Of a stretch of DNA of 64,000 nucleotides, positions 12,624-25,829 are shown piece after piece (position 1 is the first letter of the stretch; each line of letters begins with the position of its first letter). Source of the DNA: Eledone cirrhosa (Eukaryota); contig OZ024759.1 in assembly GCA_964016885.1 (NCBI GenBank), forward strand, positions 11,470,001 through 11,534,000, in the 5' to 3' direction. A program made the translations under genes and the position numbers. A model generated the notes under the pieces. It ran no database searches. It was not told where the DNA came from and saw only the letters and a list, made by a program, of their open reading frames with translations.

Positions 12624-12732
12624 TATATATATATAACGAAGGAAATGTGGTAAGGAACCAGGTGGACCATAACGCACCAAAGTACTTAGCCGTTGAAACG
12701 GCTTGAGCTCAGCCGTCGGGGTCTTACTGGTT

Positions 12733-12769
<37 letters not shown>

Positions 12770-13024
12770 CACACATACATTTACTCTTAAAAGTAATTCC
12801 TTAGACAGGCCAGCATGATAGTTCTTTTTTTATATACATGCATGTTGTGTTTTTGTGAGAGAGTTTGAAGCGGGGTAGTGGTGGTGTGGAGGGGGGTTGA
12901 GTAGCCACTTTTCATTTCTTTCTACTCTCGCCCTCCTCCCCACCCCCTCCACCTTTTCACCCCTTTCCATTACTTCATATTTCTCCTTAGAAAATCTATC
13001 ACATGATGAATCTATCTTCATCTT

Positions 13025-14141
13025 ATATATATATATATGTATGTATATATATGTATATATATAAATGTATGTATGTATATATGTGTATGTATATATATAT
13101 ATATATGTATATATATATGTGTATGTATATATATATATATATGTATATATATATGTGTATGTATATATATGTATATATATATGTGTATGTATATATATGT
13201 ATATATATATGTGTATGTATATATATGTATATATATATGTGTGTATGTATATATATATATATATGTGTGTATATATATATGTGTATATATATATATATGT
13301 ATGTATATATATAAATGTATGGGTATGTATATATATATAAATGTATGTATATATATATATATATGTATGTATATAAATGTATGTATATATATAAATGTAT
13401 ATATATATATATATGTATATATATAAATATATATATATAAAAGTATATATATATAAATGTATATATATATGTATGTATATATATATAAATGTATATATAT
13501 ATGTATGTATATATATATAAATGTATATATATATAAATGTATATATATAAATGTATATATATATGTGTATGTATATATATAAATGTATATATATATGTGT
13601 ATGTATATATATAAATGTATATATATATGTGTATGTATATATATAAATGTATATATATGCATGTATGTATATGTATATATATATGTATGTATGCATGTGT
13701 ATATATATATATATATATATGTATGCATGTATATGTATATATGTATGCATGTATATGTATATATGTATGCATGTATATGTATGCATGTATATGTATGTAT
13801 ATATATATATATATGTATGTATATATGTATGTATATATATATATGTATGTATGTATGTGTATGTATATATATATATGTATATGTATATATATATATGTGT
13901 GTATGTGTATATATTTGTGTGTGTATATGTATGTATATATATATATGTATATATATATATAAACACACACATACATATATACATACACACACATACATAC
14001 ATACATATCTTTCTTGACCTATATTTTCTTTTCCTTTTCTTTATCTTCTCACCATTTCTCTCTCTCTCTCTCTCTCTCTCTCGCACCCACTCTCTCTCTC
14101 TCTCTCTCTCGCACCCACTCTCTCTCTCTCTCTCTCTCTTG

Positions 14142-14179
<38 letters not shown>

Positions 14180-14194
14180 CACCCACTCTCTTTT

Positions 14195-14235
<41 letters not shown>

Positions 14236-14409
14236 CTCATGACAAAGTGTTTATCAATTACTCAACTAGTTCTTACTCAATCCCTTCCACTCCTCCCTTG
14301 GCCACCACCACAGAACAGAGCCCCTCCACCATACTATCCACTTTAAACACCAACCAATCCTGCTACATTCCTACTATGACCAACCATCGCCATCACATTT
14401 ATACATACA

Positions 14410-14467
<58 letters not shown>

Positions 14468-14469
14468 CA

Positions 14470-14515
<46 letters not shown>

Positions 14516-14516
14516 C

Positions 14517-14561
<45 letters not shown>

Positions 14562-14563
14562 CA

Positions 14564-14609
<46 letters not shown>

Positions 14610-14610
14610 C

Positions 14611-14703
<93 letters not shown>

Positions 14704-14704
14704 C

Positions 14705-14763
<59 letters not shown>

Positions 14764-14880
14764 CATGTGTGTGTATATATATATATATATACATGTGTAT
14801 ATATATATATATATATACATACATGTGTGTATATATATATATATATATACATGTGTATATATATATATATATATACATAC

Positions 14881-14964
<84 letters not shown>

Positions 14965-14992
14965 GTGTATATATATATATATATATACATAC

Positions 14993-15037
<45 letters not shown>

Positions 15038-15160
15038 CATGTGTGTGTATATATATATATATATACATGTGTATATATATATATATATATATACATACAT
15101 GTGTGTATATATATATATATATATACATACATGTGTGTATATATATATATATATATATCA
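13025..15160. repeat. Long compound (TA)/(TG)/(CT) microsatellite field
   Basis: Direct reading; it generates the YI/CV/ER ORFs in the track. Confidence 0.95.
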
Positions 15161-15203
15161 AATAACAGGAGGCTGGACTGGTGTAATTCCTTAAAGGTTT
15201 ATT

Positions 15204-15261
15204 ATACTATGAACATTTCAATGACCGGGTTCAGTATGAATCCGGTGACTTCATCAGGTAT
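15204..15261 (-). ncRNA. Minimal hammerhead motif, second family (sister copy at 42453-42512)
   Basis: Reverse complement: atacCTGATGAagtcaccggattcatactgaacccggtcattGAAAtgttcata gtat. Confidence 0.65.
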
Positions 15262-15493
15262 TCAAAATTTAACAAAGGAATATAATCCATGGGGCTGAAA
15301 AAGGCAGAGAGACAAGAAGGGGGCCACACATTTAGCAGTTTCTAGTTCGGTTGGCTGCCTTCAAGTATATATATATATATATATATATTTCAGAAGATCC
15401 CGTAAAAGGGTGAAAGCAGCAATTCTGAGCTTAAACTTTAATCTATACAAATAATATGTACACACACACATATACATACATATACATACAGAT

Positions 15494-15890
15494 TGGAGGC
15501 ACATGGCTTAGTGGTTAGAGCATTGGTCTTGCAATCGAAAGGTTGTGAGTTCAATTCTCAGACCGGGTGATGTGTTGTGTCCTTGAGCAAGACACTTTAT
15601 TTCACATTGCTCCAGTTTACTCAGCTGTAGAAATGAGATGATAGGGACTGGGGTCCCTATCATTCCACTGCAAAGTGGTTGTGGAGGTGCCACGGCAAAA
15701 AGGCACCCAGTCCTCACTGTAAATGAGGTTGGTGTTAGGAAGGGCATCCAGCTGTAGAAATCAAGCCAGAATCAGTTCCTGTATGAGCAAGGCAAAGTCA
15801 ACCGACCGGACACTGCCCACAACAGTTCAACCCGTCTAACCCATGCTAGCGTGGCAGAACGGACGTAAAACAGATGATGATGATGATGAT
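15494..15890 (+). mobile_element. SINE family B (alternative 3' tail)
   Basis: Same head and body as 121-472; tail aacccatgctagcgtgg...ggacgtaaaac(gat)n. Confidence 0.85.
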
Positions 15891-15903
15891 ATACACACAC
15901 ACA

Positions 15904-16541
15904 CAGAGTTGTCCCCCGTTATTCGTTGGGGTTACATTCCTAGACCACCCGCAAAGAGTGAAAAACTGTGAATATTGGATGTGGTTCATAAAAACCTGTA
16001 AACGTGAAAACATAATGTAAGATATAGGCTGGCAAATACGGTATATTGTTAATAATAATTATTAAATATTATTAAATTATAAATGAAAGTACCAGTAATG
16101 CACTGGGTAATTGCTGGCCTTGTGCCTAAAGTAGAAACAATTATTAAATTAAAAATTAAAGTACCAGTAATGCACTGGGTAATTGCTGGCCTTGTGCCTA
16201 ACGTAGAAACAATTATTAAATTATAAATTTCAAGGTGGTGAATTGGCAGTATCGGTAGAGGGTCGGACGCCATGCTTTCCAGCATAGTTACGTCCCTTTA
16301 TGATCTGAGTTCAAATCCCGCCGAGGTTGACTTTGCCTTTCATCCTTACGGGGTCGATAAAATAAAGTACCAGTAATGTACTGGGTAATTGCTTGCCTTG
16401 TGCCAAAAAGTAGAAACAATTATTAAATTATAAATTATAATTTAGTGTTAAAAACAGGAAAAAATATATATTGCCAAGAAAAAGCCATAAAATAATCGCA
16501 GAAGATATTTATGATTCCGCAAATATGCGGTGGTTTCTACG
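15904..16541 (+). mobile_element. Tigger/pogo-like MITE interrupted by family A SINE(s) at 16080-16430
   Basis: Degenerate TIRs gttgtcccccgttattcg...acattcctagaccacccgc / ccgcaaatatgcggtggtttctac. Confidence 0.5.
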
Positions 16542-16809
16542 AATAATGGTGTCCTGTCCAGTGAGCAGTCTTGTACTCTCAGTCACTTAACACCACAGAA
16601 AGGGGGTATAGGCACCGACCTAATACTCTCTGTGCACGAGACTGACTTTTTAACACTCTACCAACTCTGTCAATTCTCTCCCTGAGGTTGAGATATAAAA
16701 GTTGTCCTTGGCAGTATTTGAACTGACAACACCCAGGATTGGAACTAATACCACAAGACAGTCCTCCACTCTAACAACTCTGTCAATTCTCCAATTCTTC
16801 TAATATGTA

Positions 16810-17075
16810 GAAGGTGGTCGTGGAGGTGCCACGGCAAAAAAGCACCCATTCCACACTGTAAAGTGGACGTGGAGGCACCACGAAAAAGCACCCAGCACTC
16901 ACTGTAAATGAGGTTGGTGTTAGGAAGGGCATCCAGCTGTAGAAATCAAGCCAGAATCAGTTCCCGTATGAGCAAGGCATGGTCAGCCGACCAGACACTG
17001 CCCACAACAGGACAACTCGTCTAACCCATGCTAGCGTGGAAGAACGGACGTAAAACGGTGATGATGATGATGATG
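16810..17075 (+). mobile_element. 5'-truncated SINE family B with two pseudoknot modules (sister copy at 38510-38780)
   Basis: Sequence identity to the other family B copies. Confidence 0.8.
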
Positions 17076-17269
17076 TAGAACATTGTCCTCATTGGTAGAT
17101 ATTCTAGGTTGAAACTTGTGTGACTTACAACTTGTAGTCAGGTTTGAAAGATAAAGTTGAACTGTTAGCACTCAATATTTAATAATTGACAATATCATTA
17201 TCTGGTCAGCACAAATATCATGAAATCTAGGTTGTATGTACTCTAAGTTGGACAGTGAAACATCTCTCT

Positions 17270-18110
17270 AGCTCTCCTCCTCTCCCTCACTCCTGCCCTC
17301 TCCCTCTCTCACACCAGCACTCCTCCTCCCTAACTCCAGCACTCCTCCTCCCTAACTCCAGCCTTCCTCCTCTCTTACTCCAGCCTTCCTCCTCTCTTAC
17401 TCCAGCCCTCTCCTTCCCTCACTCTAGCCTTTCTCCCTCACTCAAGCCTTCCTCCCTCACTCCAGCCCTCTTCCTCCCTCACTCCAGCCCTCCTCCTCCC
17501 TCACTCCAGCCCTATTCGTCTCTCACTCCAGCCCTCTCCCTCTCTCACTCCAGCACTCCTCCTCTCTTACTCCAGCCCTCTCCCTCCCTCACTCTAGCCT
17601 TCCTCCCTCACTCCAACCCTCCTCCTCCCTCACTCCAGCCCTATTCGTCTCTCACTCCAGCCCTCCTCCTCCCTCACTCCAGCCCTCTCCCTCTCTCACT
17701 CCAGCACTCCTCCTCTCTCACTCCAGCACTCCTCCTCTCTTACTCCAGCCCTCTCCCTCCCTCACTCCAACCCTCCTCCTCCCTCACTCCAGCCCTCCTC
17801 CTCCCTCACTCCAGCCCTCCTCCTCCCTCACTCCAGCCTTTCTCCTCCTCATCACTCCAGCCCTCCTCCTCCCTCACTCCAGCCTTTCTCCTCCTCATCA
17901 CTCCAGCCCTCCTCCTCCCTCACTCCAGCCTTTCTCCTCCTCATCACTCCAGCCCTTGCCCTCACTCTAGCCCTCCTCCTTTTTCACTCATTCCCTCCTT
18001 CTTCCCCACTCCAGCCCTCCTCCATCACGCCAACCCTCGCCCTCATCACTCCAGCCCTTTCCCTCACTCCACACTTCTCCCCCATCCCCCCCCCATCCCT
18101 CCCCCAACAC
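17270..18110. repeat. C-rich 22-bp minisatellite (ctccagccctcctcctccctca)n
   Basis: Direct reading; strong pyrimidine/purine strand asymmetry. Confidence 0.9.
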
Positions 18111-18384
18111 TCTTCATTGGTTACATCAGCAAGTCTTCTTCCTATATTGATCACAATTCCATCAGATATGTAGCTGTAACATCCTTATCAAACGATTCTG
18201 ATGAGGTCATCTCAACATTCTCAGAATATGAACTTCCAAAATTAAAATATATAATAGAATTAATGAGATAACAAGCTCTATAACTTTGTCTCAGATCTTT
18301 GATGGGGTCATGTCAAAACAGAATTAAATCTTGATATCCTTGAATGATTTAGTGGAAAATATCTAAAAATGGATTCGTTTGTTC

Positions 18385-19360
18385 AAATGTTTATAGTATC
18401 TTTACTAGTGGACAGATTGTTGTAAGAATTTACAGTATTAAAGTAAACACTTTAATATTCAATGTTATGCAGTCATAGTGTTGTTTTGTACTAAATGTTT
18501 ATAGTATCTTTACTAGTGGACAGATTGTTGTAAGAATTTACAGTATTAAAGTAAACACTTTAATATTCAATGTTATGCAGTCATAGTGTTGTTTTGTACT
18601 AAATGTTTATAGTATCTTTACTAGTGGACAGATTGTTGTAAGAATTTACAGTATTAAAGTAAACACTTTAATATTCAATGTTATGCAGTCATAGTGTTGT
18701 TTTGTACTAAATGTTTATAGTATCTTTACTAGTGGACAGATTGTTGTAAGAATTTACAGTATTAAAGTAAACACTTTAATATTCAATGTTATGCAGTCAT
18801 AGTGTTGTTTTGTACTAAATGTTTATAGTATCTTTACTAGTGGACAGATTGTTGTAAGAATTTACAGTATTAAAGTAAACACTTTAATATTCAATGTTAT
18901 GCAGTCATAGTGTTGTTTTGTACTAAATGTTTATAGTATCTTTACTAGAGGACAGATTGTTGTAAGAATTTACAGTATTAAAGTAAACACTTTAATATTC
19001 AATGTTATGCAGTCATAGTGTTGTTTTGTACTAAATGTTTATCGTATCTTTACTAGTGGACAGATTGTTGTAAGAATTTACAGTATTAAAGTAAACACTT
19101 TAATATTCAATGTTATGCAGTCATAGTGTTGTTTTGTACTAAATGTTTATAGTATCTTTACCAGTGGACAGATTGTTGTAAGAATTTACAGTATTAAAGT
19201 AAACACTTTAATATTCAATGTTATGCAGTCATAGTGTTGTTTTGTACTAAATGTTTATAGTATCTTTACTAGAGGACAGATTGTTGAAAGAATTTACAGT
19301 ATTAAAGTAAACACTTTAATATTCAATGTGAAGCAGTCATAGTGTTGTTTTGTACTTTTC
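18385..19360. repeat. 108-bp satellite, ~9 copies; related monomers at 19770-19825 and 56000-56190
   Basis: aaatgtttatagtatctttactagtggacagattgttg recurs at 18385, 18493 and 18601. Confidence 0.95.
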
Positions 19361-19493
19361 AACAATATCTTTTTAAAGTGGTTTGTTAATTGAGTTGTTT
19401 ATAGAATATTTACTAGTTGCCAGTTAATTGTGAAAATTTACAGTCATAGTGTTGTTTTGTATTTTCAAGAATGTCTTCCTAGTGTGGTTTCTT

Positions 19494-19752
19494 CATCATC
19501 ATCATTTTACATCCGCTTTTCCCTGCTTGCAAGGGTGGGACGGGTCCTATTCAGCACAGCATCTCTCCACTTGTCACGGTCCTTTGTCACCTCCTCCTTC
19601 TCCAGCGATCTGAGGTCAGCTCTCACCACCTCCGGCCATGTTTTTCGTGGTCTTTCTCTACTACGTCTTCCTTCAACTAGCATTTCTTGGCACTTCTTTA
19701 CCCAACGATCATCCTCCATGCGCATCACATGTCCATACCATCGCAGTCTTGT
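19494..19752 (-). mobile_element. RTE-clade LINE 3' fragment
   Basis: MRMEDDRWVKKCQEMLVEGRRSRERPRKTW...DRDKWRDAV, typical of the RTE ORF C-terminus, followed by an (ATG)n tail. Confidence 0.9.
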
Positions 19753-19827
19753 GGTTTGTCAATGCAAATGTTAATAGTATATTTACTAGTAGACAGATCA
19801 TTGTGAAAATTACCAGTATTATAGTAA

Positions 19828-20015
19828 AGGACGGTGAATTGGCAGTATCGGTAGAGGGTCGGATATGCTTTCCAGCATAGTTACGTCCCTTTACGATCTG
19901 AGTTCAATTCCCGCCGAGGTTAACTTTGCCTTTCATCCTTACGAGGTCGACAAAATAAAGTACCAGTAATGTACTGGGATAATTGCTGGCCTTGTGCCAA
20001 AAGTAGAAACAATTA
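19828..20015 (+). mobile_element. SINE family A
   Basis: Matches the family consensus. Confidence 0.85.
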
Positions 20016-20634
20016 TAGTAAATACTTTATGTATTGCACAGTGTATTTAATATGTATTAAATGGTGTACTTTTAATATGTATTACACAATGTCTTTTAAT
20101 ATGTATTGCACAGTGTATTTTAAATATGTATTACATGGTATATTTTATTTTTCCATACTCTTCTTGCTTGCTGTCATCTGTTTTGAAATATATTTTCTTT
20201 TGGTTACAATTTTAATATTTCGAACTATTTAAACTCATATATACGTGAATAGAAGCTGAGGAATATGTGACCAAAACATCATTGGTAAAATGGGGAGTGG
20301 GGTTGGCTTATATACGCCATCTAAACATAATGTGTTGATTAGCTGCCTCGGCTTATAAATGGGGTATGGACTTTTGCCCATTTCTCAGATATAAAATAGA
20401 TGTGGGTGGTGGTTTGGCTTGTATTCGGATCAGCTTATATTCAAGTATCTTTATGATATATCTACATTATTATGTTTCTTAGCATTTTGGATATATTTTT
20501 ATGTGTGTAATTGCATGATGTCATAATTATCTTTCTGTAATGTTAAATTCCCTAATAACCCTTTTGATACCAAAACCCCCTGAAACTGTTCTTTCTAAAT
20601 CCCTTCAAATTGAGGATTATTTTCCAAATTCTCG

Positions 20635-23600
20635 AAACACAAGGGCTGTCTTTTATTAGAGATATGGTAACAAAAGGGGTATGACAGGAAACACAAGGGG
20701 TGTCTTTCATTAGAGATATGGTAACAAAAGGGGTATGGCAGGAAACACAAGGGGTGTCTTTCATTAGAGATATGGTAACAAAAGAGGTATGACAGGAAAC
20801 ATAAGGGCTGTCTTTCATTAGAGATATGGTAACAAAAGGGGTATGACAGGAAACACAAGGGGTGTCTTTCATTAGAGATATGGTAACAAAAGGGGTATGG
20901 CAGGAAACACAAGGGGTGTCTTACATTAGAGATATGGTAACAAAAGGGGTATGACAGGAAACACAAGGGCTGTCTTTCATTAGAGATATGGTAACAAAAG
21001 GGGTATGGCAGGAAACACAAGGGGTGTCTTTCATTAGAGATATGGTAACAAAAGGGGTATGACAGGAAACACAAGGGGTGTCTTTCATTAGAGATATGGT
21101 AACAAAAGGGGTATGACAAGAAACACAAGGGGTGTCTTTCATTAGAGATATGGTAACAAAAGGGGTATGGCAGGAAACACAAGGGGTGTCTTTCATTAAA
21201 GATATGGTAACAAAAGGGGTATGACAGGAAACACAAGGGCTGTCTTTCACTAGAGATATGGTAACAAAAGGGGTATGGCAGGAAACACAAGGGGTGTCTT
21301 TCATTAGAGATATGGTAACAAAAGGGGTATGACAGGAAACACAAGGGCTGTCTTTCATTAGAGATATGGTAACAAAAGGGGTATGGCAGGAAACACAAGG
21401 GGTGTCTTTCATTAGAGATATGGTAACAAAAGGGGTATGACAGGAAACACAAGGGGTCTCTTTCATTAGAGATATGGTAACAAAAGGGGAATGACAGGAA
21501 ACACAAGGGGTCTCTTTCATTAGAGATATGGTAACAAAAGGGGTATGGCAGGAAACACAAGCGGTGCCTTTCATTAGAGATATGGTAACAAAAGGGTTAT
21601 GGCAGGAAACACAAGGGCTGTCTTTCATTAGAGATATGGTAACAAAAGGGGTATGGCAGGAAACACAAGGGGTGTCTTTCATTAGAGATATGGTAACAAA
21701 AGGGGTATGACAGGAAACACAAGGGCTGTCTTTCATTAGAGATATGGTAACAAAAGGGGAATGACAGAAAACACAAGGGGTCTCTTTCATTAGAGATATG
21801 GTAACAAAAGGGGTATGGCAGGAAACACAAGCGGTGCCTTTCATTAGAGATATGGTAACAAAAGGGTTATGGCAGGAAACACAAGGGCTGTCTTTCATTA
21901 GAGATATGGTAACAAAAGGGGTATGGCAGGAAACACAAGGGGTGTCTTTCATTAGAGATATGGTAACAAAAGGGGTATGGCAGGAAACACAAGGGCTGTC
22001 TTTCATTAGAGATATGGTAACAAAAGGGGTATGGCAGGAAACACAAGGGCTGTCTTTCATTAGAGATATGGTAACAAAAGGGGTATGACAGGAAACACAA
22101 GGGGTGTCTTTCATTAGAGATATGGTAACAAAAGGGGTGACAGGAAACACAAGGGGTGTCTTTCATTAGAGATATGGTAACAAAAGGGGTATGACAGGAA
22201 ACACAAGGGCTGTCTTTCATTAGAGATATGGTAACAAAAGGGGTGACAGGAAACACAAGGGGTGTCTTTCATTAGAGATATGGTAACAAAAGGGGTGACA
22301 GGAAACACAAGGGGTGTCTTTCATTAGAGATATGGTAACAAAAGGGGTATGACAGGAAACACAAGGGGTGTCTTTCATTAGAGATATGGTAACAAAAGGG
22401 GTGACAGGAAACACAAGGGGTGTCTTTCATTAGAGATATGGTAACAAAAGGGGTATGACAGGAAACACAAGGGGTCTCTTTCATTAGAGATATGGTAACA
22501 AAAGGGGTGACAGGAAACACAAGGGGTCTCTTTCATTAGAGATATGGTAACAAAAGGGGTATGACAGGAAACACAAGGGCTGTCTTTCATTAGAGATATG
22601 GTAACAAAAGGGGTATGACAGGAAACACAAGGGGTCTCTTTCATTAGAGATATGGTAACAAAAGGGGTGACAGGAAACACAAGGGGTCTCTTTCATTAGA
22701 GATATGGTAACAAAAGGGGTATGACAGGAAATACAAGGGGTGTCTTTCATTAGAGATATGGTAACAAAAGGGGTATGACAGGAAACACAAGGGGTGTCTT
22801 TCATTAGAGATATGGTAACAAAAGGGGTATGACAGGAAACACAAGGGGTCTCTTTCATTAGAGATATGGTAACAAAAGGGGTGACAGGAAACAAGGGGTC
22901 TCTTTCATTAGAGATATGGTAACAAAAGGGGTATGACAGGAAACACAAGGGCTGTCTTTCATTAGAGATATGGTAACAAAAGGGGTATGGCAGGAAACAC
23001 AAGGGCTGTCTTTCATTAGAGATATGGTAACAAAAGGGGTATGGCAGGAAACACAAGGGCTGTCTTTCATTAGAGATATGGTAACAAAAGGGGTATGACA
23101 GGAAACACAAGGGGTCTCTTTCATTAGAGATATGGTAACAAAAGGGGTATGACAGGAAACACAAGGGCTGTCTTTCATTAGAGATATGGTAACAAAAGGG
23201 GTATGACAGGAAACACAAGGGCTGTCTTTCATTAGAGATATGGTAACAAAAGGGGTATGACAGGAAACACAAGGGGTGTCTTTCATTAGAGATATGGTAA
23301 CAAAAGGGGTATGACAGGAAACACAAGGGGTGTCTTTCATTAGAGATATGGTAACAAAAGGGGTATGGCAGGAAACACAAGGGCTGTCTTTCATTAGAGA
23401 TATGGTAACAAAAGGGGTATGACAGAAAACACAAGGGGTTTCTTTCATTAGAGATATGGTAACAAAAGGGGTATGACAGGAAACACAAGGGGTGTCTTTC
23501 ATTAGAGATATGGTAACAAAAGGGGTATGACAGAAAACACAAGGGGTGTCTTTCATTAGAGATATGGTAACAAAGGGGGTATGACAGAAAACACAAGGGG

Positions 23601-24915
23601 TGTCTTTCATTAGAGATATGGTAACAAAAGGGGTATGACAGAAAACACAAGGGGTGTCTTTCATTAGAGATATGGTAACAAAAGGGGTATGACAGGAAAC
23701 ACAAGGGCTGTCTTTCATTAGAGATATGGTAACAAAAGGGGTATGACAGGAAACACAAGGGGTTTCTTTCATTAGAGATATGGTAACAAAAGGGGTATGG
23801 CAGGAAACACAAGGGGTGTCTTTCATTAGAGATATGGTAACAAAAGGGGTATGGCAGGAAACACAAGGGGTGTCTTTCATTAGAGATATGGTAACAAAAG
23901 GGGTATGACAGGAAACACAAGGGGTTTCTTTCATTAGAGATATGGTAACAAAAGGGGTATGACAGGAAACACAAGGGCTGTCTTTCATTAGAAATATGGT
24001 AACAAAAGGGGTATGACAGAAAACACAAGGGGTGTCTTTCATTAGAGATATGGTAACAAAAGAGGTATGGCAGGAAACACAAGGGGTGTCTTTCATTAGA
24101 GATATGGTAACAAAAGCGGTATGACAGGAAACACAAGGGCTGTCTTTCATTAGAGATATGGTAACAAAAGGGGTATGACAGGAAACACAAGGGGTGTCTT
24201 TCATTAGAGATATGGTAACAAAAGGGGTATGACAGGAAACACAAGGGCTGTCTTTCATTAGAGATATGGTAACAAAAGGGGTATGACAGGAAACACAAGG
24301 GCTGTCTTTCATTAGAGATATGGTAACAAAAGGGGTATGACAGGAAACACAAGGGGTGTCTTTCATTAGAGATATGGTAACAAAAGGGGTATGGCAGGAA
24401 ACACAAGGGCTGTCTTTCATTAGAGATATGGTAACAAAAGGGGTATGACAGGAAACACAAGGGCTGTCTTTCATTAGAGATATGGTAACAAAAGGGGTAT
24501 GACAGGAAACACAAGGGCTGTCTTTCATTAGAAATATGGTAACAAAAGGGGTATGACAGGAAACACAAGGGCTGTCTTTCATTAGAGATATGGTAACAAA
24601 AGGGGTATGACAGGAAACACAAGGGGTGCCTTTCATTAGAGATATGGTAACAAAAGGGGTATGACAGGAAACACAAGGGCTGTCTTTCATTAGAGATATG
24701 GTAACAAAAGGGGTATCTTTCATTAGAGATATGGTAACAAAAGGGGTATCTTTCATTAGAGATATGGTAACAAAAGGGGTATCTTTCATTAGAGATATGG
24801 TAACAAAAGGGGTATCTTTCATGAGAGATATGGTAACAAAAGGGGTATGACAGGAAACACAAGGGCTGTCTTTCATTAGAGATATGGTAACAAAAGGGGT
24901 ATGACAGGAAACACA
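20635..24915. repeat. 54-bp satellite, ~79 copies, with 52-bp and 33-bp variant blocks
   Basis: Unit gaaacacaaggggtgtctttcattagagatatggtaacaaaaggggtatgacag. Confidence 0.97.
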
Positions 24916-25183
24916 GAATATCTCAATTGAAGATACACACACTCACACACACATACATATACACAAAGACCCCTTCATTTTTATTTCATTGTTTGTCTAG
25001 AAATTATTTAATGCTCTATTAAATGTCCCTCGGAAGTCTCCCCCCTATTGGGGAATTTTTCATTATTATTTCTTTTGTTACTTCCTCTGTTTTTGTTTTT
25101 TACATGCAGAAATGCCCATTTGTACCGTCCTGTACTGTCCTTAATGTCTACTTTATGTAAACCCTTGTGGTTAATAAAGAAAA

Positions 25184-25214
<31 letters not shown>

Positions 25215-25420
25215 TTATTGTTATTATTATTGTTGTTATTGTTTAAACTTTCATAATTGTTATCCTGGGATTTTATTTAAAGAATTTTTTAAAAAATGCA
25301 TTTCTGAAATGTCAAAAAGCTTCTTTTTTTTTTTGTAAAGAAAAAAAATTTTTTTTTAAAGTTTCTTCATTAAATATGAAAATAGCCAATATTATCAAAA
25401 TTTGTTTTCTTTTTCCCTAG

Positions 25421-25435
25421 CCAGAAACTGGGAAG
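25421..25435 (+). CDS. Candidate 15-nt phase-1 microexon CCAGAAACTGGGAAG, (A)RNWE
   Basis: tttgttttctttttccctAG | exon | GTattt. Symmetric, and encodes the same peptide as the 52892 exon. Confidence 0.7.
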
Positions 25436-25829
25436 GTATTTATTATTTTGTTCTTTATCTAGTAATTCTATGATGTCTTTGCACATTGTTGGTGTGGGAC
25501 TTGGTACTAATCAATCATTTTGTAGTTTCGGTTTACTTGTTGTTTTATAAAGTTGTCCCAGATGATATTAAAGGAATGTTAACACTTTGATAGTATCAGC
25601 TTTGGAATTTTTTTTTTTTTTTTACATCGTTGTTAAAATAAATGAATAAATATTTAAATTGAAAAAAGAAAACAACAAACATGCTTTTAGATGTAAAAAA
25701 AAATATAAGTAGTTTCAGCTTTACTTATGTAATTAGAACAATTGAGAAACAGAGAATCCTTTAGAAATTATGTCACCTTTGATGTTTCTTGCTTCTAATA
25801 CTTTCTGAATAGAAATGGTTCTCTTATCA

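Noticed and set aside
12830-15298. Long YI/HT/CV ORFs (also at 8.4-9.4, 28.4-29.9 and 46-52.8 kb)
   Set aside because: Dinucleotide microsatellite translations.
15494-15570. tRNA genes at SINE heads
   Set aside because: A/B boxes are present but run into multi-copy SINE bodies with no proper acceptor stem or terminator.
17255-18271. 338-aa Pro/Ser/Leu ORF
   Set aside because: It is the translation of a C-rich 22-bp minisatellite, with no domain and no splice support.
20552-24942. Long ORFs with repeated CVSCH (CxxCH) motifs, resembling a multiheme cytochrome c
   Set aside because: They arise from a 54-bp satellite (a multiple of 3) that is open in two frames, frameshifted by 52-bp units, has no unique N- or C-terminal sequence, and derives from a MITE terminus in a eukaryotic context.
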